Positions 39,021 to 51,095 of a stretch of 64,000 nt of DNA are shown in pieces. Under the pieces are notes generated by a model, which was given only the letters and a program-made list of their open reading frames with translations, was not told the DNA's origin and ran no database searches. Within the stretch, counting starts at the first letter, position 1; each line of letters opens with the position of its first letter. The position numbers were made by a program, and so were the translations under genes. The stretch comes from Marsupella aquatica (taxonomy: Eukaryota; Plantae; Marchantiophyta), in NCBI GenBank assembly GCA_973895155.1, contig OZ316894.1, positions 6,968,234 to 7,032,233 on the forward strand. Reading direction: 5' to 3'.

Positions 39021-40419
39021 CTGAAGATGCGGTTGTCGCGGAAGTTAGGTCAGCAAAAGTAATGAATCTTATGGGCCCAGCTTGAGTGTGCCAGTTTGTC
39101 CAAGATCTGGTTCTGGAGTCAGCGTTAAGAGAAAGAGAATAAGCTGGAGTTTATCCACAGCCCCGGAAGGAGTGGAAGCCCCGATCGATATGGAGCCTCC
39201 GATGCTTGATGAGCGTTTGCCTCATTCAGATATACAAGCCGAGGTTTGATCGGTAAGTGCTACCAAACTTTGATTTTCTATTGACAAAAGAGGATTCCGA
39301 TAAAAATCTCGCTGTTTCTTTTGCAATCTAATTTCAAATGGCATTTTCTAGATTGATGAAGAGGAGGAGACTGCTCTTTCAATGTATGAGACTGACGCCA
39401 TCAAAGCGGAGGTCAGTCTGCTGATGCAACGAAGGGTTCAAACGACAACTGTCCTCTTGCATGTCGACAATTTAATTTTTGATGAAGCTGGAGAGAAGTC
39501 AACTTTGATCAGACCAGTGGACAAATTGCATGTGGAGAATATCAAGATTCTTCTAAGGAAAAACCCCACTAACTTCAGCGCACCGTTTGTGCTGTGTGTG
39601 GATCCGGAGGATTGTCCCACAATCGAGGATTGGGACATTCTAAAGTCCAGAGTATGGAAGTATAGAATTATTGGAGGAAATCATGGTGCTTGGGCAAAGG
39701 CCGAGTTGTATAACATGTATGGGAAGCAGATTTATGGTGAGCTGGAAGCTTGGGTATACGCAGGACTTACCAAGTCGGAGGTCCGGAAGTTGGGCTTCCA
39801 GCACAATTATGACCAGGAGTATAGGAAGAACATGACTCAAATCGATAGAGTTCGTGCGTGCCACAATATCTTTGTTGAAATGGATGTAGGATCAAACAAG
39901 GATGTTCGCGAAGCTTGTTGTCAGGAATGTATGCTGCAATACACTCCCGGTGTTTGTGACAGCATGGCCAAACATGACCCAACATTCCAGATTGCTTTTC
40001 GAACGGGTGAAATTTGGGATCTTCAGGAGAAAGTTTTCCAGATGTGGGAGAAGGGGACTGTCTTGGATCGTGGCAACAACAAATGCAAAGGGAAAGGTTA
40101 AACCTTTAACGCTAAAAGAGATTAAAATGAATAGACTTGCAGGTGACCCAATTTAAATACTTTTCGAGGTCTTCAAGGACAGTCAACTAAGGAGCATGTT
40201 AAGCGGCTCTTGAATAGGGTCATTGGGAAAGTGATCACCTTGGATCAAATGCACAAGGAAGGGGAAAAGTTGAAAAAACTTTCCAAGGTGAAGAAATTAT
40301 TCTTGCAAATATCTGGGCAGCCCGACTGGGCAACGTGCAGAGAAATGTTTCCAAATGAGACAGATGTTTCCGTCCTGGGAACATGGGCAGAGAAGTTGAG
40401 CGAAGCGGTAAGCACCCGT

Positions 40420-40575
40420 CTCTCCCCGAGATTTTTATCGGCCTTGCCATTCCATTAGTAGATTTTTGCATTCCTCGTTCCATTCAAAAATCATTGCGAG
40501 ATTTTTATCGGCCTTGCCATTCCATCAGTACATTTTTGCATAACTCGTTTCATTCCCGAGATTTTTAACGACTTT
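40420..40575. repeat. Intronic tandem repeat (2-3 units, 60-70 bp) carrying palindrome variant CCGAGATTTTTATCGG
   Basis: Variant copies at 40426, 40496 and 40556 within the MTase-gene intron. Confidence 0.75.
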
Positions 40576-42189
40576 CGTATTCGTTAAGCAATTTCATTCT
40601 GATTGGAATTATGTGCGACCTTTGATACAGCTGAAGATTGGGTCGAAACGGAAAAATAAAGTTGTTCCGCCTGTGCAATATAATTTGGCGGGGGAGGTTA
40701 TTGTTCCCTCCGCTGACATCCCGTATGTGTTCAAGAATTTTGTGCTTGCTACAATTGATCGGTACAACCGGCTCCAGGCGCTAAGCGAGGACGCACGAGA
40801 AGCCGCGGAGCAAAATGGAAAAATGCTGACGGAGATTCTTTCTCTTACTATCTCCATGTTGGGGATGTTCGAATTTTGGATACTTTTGTGGAGGCAAAAC
40901 CTTACACTCTTACCGTCGCCGACATTCCGTATGGTTTTAATGCACTTGGTTCGGAGTTTGATGAAGTGTCCTTCCCGGAAAAGGACGTTGTAGATATGGT
41001 GAGAAGTTTTTTGAACATGACAGCTCCTAAGCAGTGGAGGTTTGTTGTGATCCATTCATTACAGCAAACAAATATGGTCATGTCTGCGCTCGAGATTGTG
41101 TGCAACTGTGGGGTTGAGTCTGGAATTTGGGAGAAGACCAACATTCATGAGCGTCCCGCCGGTGCTCGATTGGCGTGGGGTTTTCAAAAACTGGTCGATG
41201 GGATTCTACAGCGAGGAAGGCATCCGGAACATGAACATGTACAATTTCCAACCGGATGAGTCTCGCATCAATATCATCAAGGTTCCATGTGTAACCAAAA
41301 AGTCTGTTGATCCGTTGGGCTATGTTGTGAACCCATACCAAAAGCCTGTTGGTTTGGGTGCTTGGTTCGTTACTCATTTCTCGGAGAAAAATGACTGGGT
41401 TATGGATCTTTGCTGCGGAACCGGATCCATGTTAGCAGCGGCTCTTCTCAATTCTCGCCAGGGTTGTGCGGTCGATAAAAGTGCTGCGCAGATTGATTTT
41501 GTGAGACATCGGATTATGACTCTAGAGTCAAACTGGAATTTATATGATGAAGCACAGATTGAAGGGCAAGGCGGCGAAGGTCTAGAGATTCAACCACCGA
41601 TTAGAGGCCAATTGGGAACATTGGGGACTTTGACTTTCACTGTTGAAGTCGTGAAGGAGGTCGAGAATGAAGAAGAAGCCGAAGAACCTCCCAGAATGCC
41701 TAACGAGGATGATCTCAATGACATGTTACTGGATTAGGAAATTGTTATCTGGTTGTATGATAGTTAGGTTAGGTTAGTTTAGGTTATGTTAGATTATGTC
41801 AGTCCCACTTCTCAATATTCAGAGAATGGAGTGTGATAAATTTATCGCAATTATGTTTGAACCCGATAAATTTATCGGACATTGCATTATACTCCCTTGT
41901 TTGTCATGGTGTTCTAGCTGGGGACTTATCGGACTTTGCATTCCACGCTCTAGCTATTCCACTCCCTTATTTGTCACGATGTTCTAGTTGGGGGAATGGA
42001 GTTGTCGATAATATTATCGAAGTTTGCATTCCACGCTCTAGCTAGTTAGTCATTACAATCAATTAAAAAAAAGATATAATTATAGCTTCGGAGAACAACA
42101 TACTTAGTCCCAGATGTTCACGACTGCGACCATCCTCATGGGAATGATAACCAGCTTAACGATAACCATTATAACTTAAAACCTTTACA

Positions 42190-45100
42190 CTAGCTTCTAC
42201 TATCAACGACTACAGTGTCCATCATTGCATTTTGAATGATTCGTCTTGTTTGTACAGGGAGAGTACTATTTGCCAATAACGCAAAGTTATACGCATAAAC
42301 TGTAGTTTCTGCTAGGGACAGTTCATCCTCCAGTACTTTGTTAGACGAAGCCTCTTTCTCCGGATAATATCTGCCTTCAATTGCAGACTCCTCTTCCGAA
42401 TCCATTGCATACCAAGTGATTTTAATTTGCTCGGGGATGTTGTTAATTTTTGTGAGAATCTCAGTCACTTTTGCCATCCAGAATGGTCTTCCCTTTGGAT
42501 CCTGATGGGCTGCTACACATATCATTGAAAATTTAGTATTCACCTCTAGATCCTTGAAGTCTTCAATTTCCGTGACTTTTCTCCAACTTCCGGAATACAT
42601 GACTGTCCTCACACCCGCTATTTTATCAACCAAGATAGGTTCCATTGCTGCTTTCATAGGATTGGTCGTAGGTTCTCTCTGTACATTTACCTTGGGCCAA
42701 CTCCAATCAAAACTCCATTGTGCAGGTTCAGGTGGTGCTGAATCACTTCTTTTTGTTTGTCCAAAAAACGACCCCACCATAGCCGATCTTTGTCGTCAAA
42801 GTAATTGAATCCATCTTCAATTGCTCTCCGATACTTTTGAAGAGTCAAAAAATGATTTTGCGCCGCCCGCTCGTCTTGTTCCTCAATACCATTCTCTTGA
42901 TCATCATTGTCTCCTGTTGCTCCCGTGGCCGACTTCAATGCAATTTGTGGTGCGACCCACATTCCAGATGAAGGAATGTATCGAACAAATTCCACGGGCT
43001 CCCCCAATCTGTTGTCATGGAAAGATGTTTGGCATGGAAGACAGATAGAGCACTCCCATCTTCGAGTACTCTGGTAATCCAAAATTGTTTCTGAGCACTT
43101 ATGTCGTGGAGACTACACAGAACTTGACCATCCATATCCTTGTCATTTGCTTGATCCTTGTCAGACACAAATTTTTTGAAATCGGCAACCTCATCGACAA
43201 AAAATATTTTTGCCGTAGGATTGTAGGATTCCTCTATGATTGCGGAAAGAGTGTCCAATCGAAAAGCTTTTTGCTTGTTCAATTTTGAAGAAAACTTGCT
43301 AAACATTTGATCAATTTGGTCATGGGTGTGCCCAACCAACAGAAAACCAACCTTTATTTTTTGGAAAACACCTATCTCCACCAACATGTTCAAATATGCC
43401 ATAAGATATTTATTCTTGTTTTTCCGAGCAGTGTTATCAAGCTGGAGGTAAAGCACTGGAGGGAGCGGACCTTCCCAGGTATTCAGAATATGCTGAATAA
43501 CGTGGATGGTCAGGTTGCTATCATTGTGAATATTTGGATAGTTCAAAAAAATATTTGAACTCAATTGTTTGTTGAAGATCAAACAACCCACTATGTGTAC
43601 AGGGATAAAATACTTCTCATCCATATTCTTTGGACACCGAATGAAATGAGGTAACTCTCTCTTCTTTTGATCCATTCCATCAATACAGATGCCCAAATAT
43701 TTCTCTGGACTCTTGTAACATTTGCTCCGGTGCTTTGCTAACTTCTCCCTCTCCACTGCCTTCCGATGTTTGTTTAGCAATGTTGAGAATTTTCCTACAA
43801 TAATAAAAACGTTTAGAACTTTGCTGGCCTGACAGCGATAAATTTATTGGGTTCAGTATTCAAACACTTGATTTGATAACCATAATGTTAAACCGTGACA
43901 CCGATAAATTTATCGGGATAAGTATTCAAACAATATATTCACACATTACCAAAGAAGAAGCATGGGAATACTCAACCCGATAAAATTATCGGGGATAAGT
44001 ATTCAAACTGTTCAAACGATATATTCACACACATTACCAAAGAAGAAGCATGGAAATACTCAACCCGATAAAATTATCGGGAGTAACACACGGGTTTAGA
44101 AACTTACTCTTTTCTACTTCGAGTGTTGCCTTATCACGAAGTGCTTTGAATTCAGTACACGGGGCGTAAGTGGAGAAACGACTCCTTTTGGGGATGCGCA
44201 CGCGAGGAAACTCTTTGTTCCAAATGCGAACAAACCACAAATATGTCACGCCTTGTTCTTGGCGCATTAGAGTTTCAGACTGGAAGGCGTCAAAAACTTC
44301 TGTTTTTGTCCAATTGTCAGGTAAATGAAAGATATCCTTGTTGGGGAGACTCTCTACATTTGTGGTAAAAAAATCATCCAGCCACTGAACAAGACCAAGA
44401 TGTGCGGTCGATTTTTCTCTACAAAATGTATCGATCTGTATCCAAGAAAACATGTTCTTCAAGATTTTTTGGAGACGATTATTTCCTAGGAAAAATAATT
44501 TCTTAAAACCACTCCGACAAAAGGATCTACCGCTAACTGAGTAACCACTTGCACCGACATGCCCACCCTTCACACATCCTCTTAGAAGTACGTTCTTCTC
44601 TTGGTAGGATAGCCCATAGTAATATGTGCGTTGTTTCATCACATCCAGCAGACCCAAATTCCTCAGACAAAAATTATCACAACATGGATACTTATAAATT
44701 TCTTTCATTTTGTTTCTATTCAATTTATCATTTATCACATTGTCTTTCCTAGTAATTCGATCTCTATCTTTTTTACTAGGCTCATTTGACTTCTCTATAG
44801 ACTGAAATCCGATGAGAACATTGGCATTTTCCTCTCCTTTTGGTACCTTGCGAATAGGTGCATCACTCTCTGCTGAGCTACCATCCTCCACAGATCTCCT
44901 TGACGCATTTAGAGGGGCACTGAAAAGGTGACTAAAACTATTCCCTTCTACAGCTCCTTCTAAACATTCAGACACAACTTGTGCTATGATATCGGATTCT
45001 CTATCTCCTTCCTGATCTTTGTCCTCTGATCCACTTGACTCATCTGAAAACACAATTGGACTCCGTGGCTCTCTATACATAACCCGAACACCACTAAGAC

Positions 45101-45653
45101 CTCTCCTCGACACTTGGAGCCTGGAACCAATCACAGTCCGCCCTGGAGAACTTGGAGAATCTGGAACTCTGAACGGTGAACTATTCACACGTGCAGTATC
45201 AACAACTCCGCGAGCTGCAGGAAAATTGAGCACTTGTTGACCATGATTCCCACGGACCATTCGAGAAAGGGCCAAGTCTGGACTCGCAATCCAATTCCCT
45301 CGGTTGCTCGCACGTCCAGTCCAGGCAATGCAAAGACCGATCGCCATATCGGTCTTTGTATTTCTACCTCCTGATTCTCACCCGGAGACTGAAAAATTTG
45401 TCGTTGAATGTGGCGACTTGAATGCTGAGTGCAATACGCGTATCGGTCGCCGGATAGCCTCTCCATAACCCGGGATGGATGGCCTGAAGCGACGTCTTGG
45501 ACCTAAACCTGGGATTGTAATTTTCTCATTCCTTGGCGATGGAATGCTCAAGAGACGATGCTTCTCAGGTTTACTAGGCGACACATAGTAAGAACTGGGC
45601 TCAGGACCAGAACTTGCATCAGAATCTGAATTAGCGTTAGAAAATTTGGGCAC
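42190..45653 (-). pseudogene. Sola-like DDD transposase (exon ~45650-44108, intron 44107-43795, exon 43794-42190 with frameshifts)
   Basis: Cys-rich N-part CCDNFC...GRSFCRSGF; catalytic-like CIDGMDQ, LYLQLDNTARKNKN and FLLVGHTHDQIDQMFS. Splice EK|RKFSTLL is in frame; in-frame TGA at 45378. Confidence 0.82.
43835..44085. repeat. Intronic repeats in the transposase gene carrying 4 palindrome copies
   Basis: Palindromes at 43835, 43901, 43977 and 44065; duplicated ATATTCACAC(AC)ATTACCAAAGAAGAAGCATGG.AATACTCAACCCGATAAAATTATCGGG. Confidence 0.8.
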
Positions 45654-45909
45654 TATTTGTGTGAGAGAGGTAGAGCTTTAAGTATGCACTTGGCAAACAG
45701 CGAGCGACAACATTAGGAGAGGATTCAACTGAACTTGAAGGTGAATCTATGTCTGATTGAGACATGGCTATCTAAGACACTATGGGGCTTTGCATTCCTC
45801 CCTCAATCAGGGAAAACAAATGGCTCAACCGACAAAATGTTGCTCCAAGAACACAACTCCCGAAACTCTACTCTAGATAATGACGCCAAAAACTTATCGG
45901 CGGTGACCC

Positions 45910-45916
45910 TTTTATA
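45910..45916 (-). promoter_or_regulatory. Candidate TATA box for the Sola-like transposase
   Basis: CACTATAAAAGG on the minus strand ~260 bp upstream of the transposase ORF; motif only. Confidence 0.3.
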
Positions 45917-46823
45917 GTGTCTGTTGAGGGGTTGGCCCACGTGGCCACTTTTGATTCGCCGTCTCGCTAAACGACAAAATAGCAGAGAAGGGTATATTTC
46001 TTGGATTTCCAATTTGATTCTTACACGTGCATCATGGAGAAATTATGTAGTTTTGAAATTTAAGCGATAAATCTATCTCATGTTGGTATTGCAAAAAGTG
46101 TTTCCTTCATATGGAAAGTTGCAATTTTGAAATTGCAGCGATAAATCTATTTGATGTTGGTATTGCAAAAAGTGTTTTCTTAATATGGATAGTTGCAATT
46201 TTGAAATTTAACCGATGAACCAAAGGATCTTAGTATTGTCGGCAAGTATTTTTGCCGTTCGAAGTTGCCACGATAATTTTATCGGATTGTGCATTGTTGT
46301 TGAGACAACGGCATGTTGACTATGCATATATGTGGTTACTATGGTCAATTGCGGAGGTAACTGAAAGGTAAATTTGACAAACTGTGCGGTAATTTCTTAT
46401 CGACTGTGATGTAAAATAGTTACGATAAATAACCAAAAACTGGGGAAATTGAGATTCGGTCGGAACTTTCATGGTTGAAATCCGAAGTCCGATACAGGTA
46501 TCGGACTTTGTTTGAAAAGTGGATATAGATTCTAGATAAGACGTTTCATATATCTTCGGAGAGCGTGAATATGAGGTTCTGGCAAACATTTTTTGGATCT
46601 AATTTTTCCTTGATAAATTGAATGTTTGTGACCATTAATTTCAGTGGTTCGGACCATTCCTGAATTTCTTGATTCAATCCAAACTCCGATATAGATTACA
46701 TTATTTCCCCAAAAACCTGTTTTAAATAAAAAAATTCACCAATTTTGTGAGATTCGGCGGAAAATGAAAACACACTTCTCATTTGCGGAAATAGTTCTCG
46801 TTCAGTCGGAAATTGTGTTTGAG

Positions 46824-48087
46824 GCAAGCTGCGCATCAGTTTGAAGCACGTCATCCAACTATTTGGGTGTGGGTCCCAAGGAACATGTAGTGACAGACTG
46901 GGACAGGGACAGCTGCTCGTGTACATGTGGATACTCGCTTCAGGGCAATGCCTGCAAACATCAGGTAAAACGCTTACCTTACCAATGACATCAATGTAAA
47001 TGGCCGCTTCTATTTGAGCTGCACCATCTCATGCACGACAACACCTCTTTGTGTGCAGATAAAAGTTCTGCTGCTTACACAGAAGATGTCAGAATTGGAA
47101 ATTTTGCATCAGCTAGGAACAAAGTTTGGTTCATTTTCCGGTGGTCTAGACCACCATTTCAATGTGAATAAAGGAGAGATTCCGCCACTGCCCATTGAGG
47201 TAGGCAATATCTCCTTCACATATGACAATGAGGATTTTTGGGAGCCAGGCCACCCGGATGTGACGGAGGAAATTGAGGTTTCACCGCAGTTTGAGGAATT
47301 TGAAGTACTCGTTAAGAGATGTTACAACTCCATCTCGTACCACCCAACCCTCTGTAAGCAAGCTCTAGCTGAGTTGAAGCATTGGGTGGAATCCTGCTTG
47401 AAGAGGGAGGCACAACAGAACATGGGAAAGCTAGAGCGAGAAGCAGGCCATGATAAACTCAGCCCTGTCAAAGGCACTGATAGAGCGACAGTCAGGAAAC
47501 AAGGTTGGGTTGACAAAATGATGGGTGCTAAAAGGACACAAAAACGGAAAGGGAAGGCCAATGATACAACCAACAAAGAGAACGTCACCCCATATCCACA
47601 AGGTGACTTGCGCAATTTAGTGTCAGGAGCAAATGCACCTGAGAAAATCCAGATCAAAAGAAAGGAAAAGCAACCATCATTTTAGGGCAGATTCGACAAG
47701 GAGTCTATAGACGCGCTTGCAGACATGTCTCATGCACTCACAGACCACATTTACAACGAGAAACCAATTGGGAGAGCCCTGACCAAGCGCTTGCGTAAAA
47801 GTGCGCTCACCACATCGTCCAAGAGTGGCCGGACCGTCAAAACAAGAGTCGCCCCACCATTTGAAATGGAGTCGGTACTGACCGACGCCTCAGAATCAAG
47901 CGTGCTCAAGTCTCCTCTCACGCAGACGACAATGGGCATGCTTGGAAATATACACATAGGGTCGAGCCAGGCGTGGGCAATGTCACCCAATTTCAGCGAC
48001 ATTTTGAAAGCTTTTTCTGCAGGAGTAGGGTCCACCGTGGGTCGGCCAGGTGTAGTTGGGCATGTAGTGTCCATTGCGGACGACTAG
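46824..48087 (+). pseudogene. MULE transposase, 3' part with SWIM zinc finger
   Basis: After the TSD the frame reads ASCASV*STSS...DSCSCTCGYSLQGNACKHQ, then intron 46965-47058, then IKVLLL. In-frame TAG at 47683 followed by an ORF to 48087. Confidence 0.85.
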
Positions 48088-48639
48088 TGAACTTTGCGCC
48101 AAGCGCTGGATGTATTTTACTGCGCGTCGGTGCTAAAAGGATATATTTTACTATCTTTGCGCTTTTGGCATGCAACGCCATTTTAATGACATCACATTCA
48201 GCGCATGTGTTCCATGGTTGTAATTGCCTTATTACATATGACGTTGCCTCAAGATATGTGTTGACATTGTAACGCCAGCATGGCATGGGACTGAGAATAG
48301 AATGACATGGTGTGAACTATATATTCAATATATTGCAATGGAAACCGCAATGCCACAGTAAATAATGAAAATTTGTAACTATTTGGATATCATTGTCAAT
48401 GGACCCACAATGCAAAATGTCAATCTGGAGTAGTGAAGGCTGACTTCCAACACTCAAAAGTAACCATTCGTCTAAATGGTCGCCTCCAATTCATTAAGGA
48501 CGTCAGTAAGCATAACAAAATATCCTGGCTCATGCCGAGCAAAGCAAGGTGGCCTCCAAATATTACAATTACTAACCCAACACGTATTATGTCTGGGAAA
48601 CTACACATGACAAAGTGCATCGTTTGGTTTTAGACTCAG

Positions 48640-51095
48640 GTCCGTCGTCGGGCACTACGGACTGTCCAAACTGTCTAGCAAATTCTGAACATCATCAATT
48701 GCACTTAGTTGACGCTGCTGTGATCCGGTCCATGAGTTCCATAAGTGACTGTGGTGCAGTGGGTCGTAGGTCCTCGCCACCCGAAGTGCCGCCCATGGAA
48801 TTGGCCTGAGGTGACTGCTGTCCCACTTGGTGCATTTGGATAGTAGTTCGCACATGAATGGCATCCACTTCCTCCATAGGAGTTGGTTCAACAAAGTTTG
48901 GCTGCACCCATGGCTGGGATGGTCCAGCTTCACCAGGCAGGCATGGAAGTGGCGACACTAGTTCACCCTCCATAGGAAGAAGTGGTCCATTTTCAGATGG
49001 CGTAAGTGCTACCAACTCTGGGTCCGCTGGACTGTTGGGGTTCTCCAACACAATCTGTGGGCGTATCTCTCAGAAAATTTCTTCCACATCAGCGTCAAGG
49101 CAAAGACGCTCGTCCTTCTCTTCAGCATCAGACTCTGATATTGGCTCCTCATCTGATGTGTCCGTCCACACTGCCTCCAGTTGGACCTGTGCATGCAACA
49201 TTGAAAGTTTCCTCATTGAAATTTTGCCACCAATGTGCATGACCCTAAAATGTTGTTTACCTTCATGGTAACGTACCTGCTTCAGTGCTTCCTCGCTTGT
49301 GCATGAGTTCACCTTCTTGTACATTGCCACAATGTTAGGTGTGTAAGTGTCAATTGCCTTTTGTTTGCGGTCGGCCTTCCATTGTTTGTACATATTATCA
49401 CCCAATGTCTGATACCGTGGCCATCCATGTTTGTCATCCCAAAGAAGGTAGTCTTGTTTTGTACCCATCCAGTTGAGGGCTTGGTCACAAAGCAGTTGGC
49501 GCTGGACTGCCATGGCATCACATGTGGACTTCAATGGCTTTGAATGAGCTACCCAATGGCTCAAAGAAAGTTGACAACACCGAGGCTGTTCTGGTGAGGC
49601 GCTGAATGTCAGATTTGTCTAAATGAGCGTATGTACCATTGGCAATTTCAGAAAGGGCACGGTCCACCCATGAACAGACATATGACGTGTGCGGGCATTG
49701 GGAGAGCAATGCCTGCAAGCAAGCCCAATCGCGATCATGTATCAGACTATCCCATGCACTGAAGCCAAGTGTAGGCATGATGTACTTGAAGAAAATAATG
49801 AAAATTGGTTCAGATTCAACAGGTTGGGGGGTTCGTGCTCGGTTTTCCTCGAAGCATGTCACAAAGTGGCGTTGGGTACTTGACCTACATAAACATGGAC
49901 AATTTTATTAGTGTATGCATTGGGAGCGCACTCAAAAGTAACCATGTAGCAAGTCCACCCATCCAATTGACAGAGGTATGATCTGTTGCAAACTCACTTG
50001 ACTTGTCTCTTTGCAATGCTCCATCGTTGTCGCAGGGTTGCCCTTACATTGCAGTATTGCGGTGAGGAAACATCTCCTGGCTGCTTCCTTCTAGCAGCAT
50101 TCCTGGCTTCACGTTGCGCTTGGGCAACAGGATCATTTGTATATAGTGCTGGTGGGGTACCTTGGCTGATGAGGCCATGCTTCTTGAAAACATGGCAGCC
50201 ATACGTGCGGTGGGTCTTGAAAACCACATTCTTACATGGCAACATCTTACAGACTGCTCCGCCCCCATACACAAAATAATGAACTCCTTCTTTCGCGTGG
50301 GTTTTGACATGTGACTCCTGTATGGAACATCAGAGAACAAGTGTGAGGAAAGCCCATGTATAAGTATACAATGACATATAAAAACAAGAATTGGAGGCGC
50401 TGATGAGGGGGCAGATCCATTCTTACAATTTTGCAGTTTTTGCATGGCTTGGGTAAAGCTGCACATTTGCAAAACTTGATAGGCTTGGGCACACGTGAAC
50501 TCAATTGGAAAGAGTCCAAGTCCACTTGACATTTACTGTCTTTGCGGCTGCGTGTCTTTTGGGTGTCACGTTCAGACTCAGCTGGATTGCCTGAACCTTT
50601 GCTACATTCAGGTACAACATTTCAATATTGCCCCAAGCTTCTCGACTGCTCTCTATATTGAACCCCCACCTTTGCTTTTCGTGGAGTAAACCTGGTGGGA
50701 GGCGCTGGTTCTCCACCGTTGGATTTTCTTTTTGTGCCACATGAAGCAAGGACCATAGGAACGGAGGGACCCGACTCTACTTTCGTGAGGACCACATCAT
50801 CAACTTCTGTCAGTGGGCTGGGTCACCCCACTTGGCGAATGCGGCTTGGGCACATACGGTCGTGGAGAGGGCAGAGCCAACACAGGAGTGAGTAGACAAG
50901 GTGCGTTGGGAAGAGGGGGCGGATGACTTGGCCGGGGACTTGGCACATCCTTACGGGCTGGTGGTGGTGGCAGAGCAAGAACCGAAGGGTTGGGTTCAGG
51001 CATGGGGCTGACATCTAAGATAGGACTCTGCATGTCAGTTGGGTGGGGGCACGGAGTGGAAGACCTCCACATAGCCAATCTTTTGTTGGCAACCT
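48640..51095 (-). pseudogene. MULE accessory gene of unknown function, convergent with the transposase (fragmented, multi-exon)
   Basis: Successive minus-strand ORF pieces (Pro-rich 51078-50800, Cys/His 50272-49994, helical 49862-49070, acidic/Pro-rich tail) with plausible splice sites, inside the MULE TIRs. Confidence 0.5.

Larger units (their letters stand above)
31957..41737 (+). pseudogene. ParB/Srx-like domain + beta-class amino (N6-adenine/N4-cytosine) DNA methyltransferase fusion, intron-containing, disrupted by copia B, stops and frameshifts
   Basis: ParB-like: IRPVDKLHVENIK...PFVLCV...KYRIIGGNHGAWA...AWVYAGL...GFQHN (39.5-39.8 kb). MTase: LHVGDVRIL..LTVADIPY (motif IV, 40921-40932), NPYQKP (41330), VMDLCCGTGS (motif I, 41405), RQGCAVD. 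Frame runs across the copia B TSD (SYPE|DAVV). Introns ~39253-39351 and ~40408-40630. Confidence 0.85.
21661..46819 (-). mobile_element. Sola-like DDD DNA transposon carrying cargo genes (~12 kb without nested inserts)
   Basis: Imperfect TIRs AACACGATTTCGGACCGACCGAGAA / TTCTCGTTCAGTCGGAAATTGTGTT; 4-bp TSD TGAG (21657-21660 / 46820-46823). Removing it restores the MULE transposase frame. Confidence 0.85.

Noticed and set aside
40705-40730. Second ADIPY string upstream of the MTase motif IV
   Set aside because: It lacks the preceding GD and beta-strand context; probably coincidental.
39352-41737. Bacterial contamination as the source of the methyltransferase
   Set aside because: The gene has spliceosomal introns, is interrupted by a plant copia with a clean TSD, and sits within TIR-bounded elements flanked by plant genes.
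21661-46819. CACTA/EnSpm assignment because of CAC near the termini
   Set aside because: Starting the element at CAC gives no 2-3 bp TSD, whereas AACAC...GTGTT gives TGAG; the transposase motifs are Sola-like, not TnpD-like.
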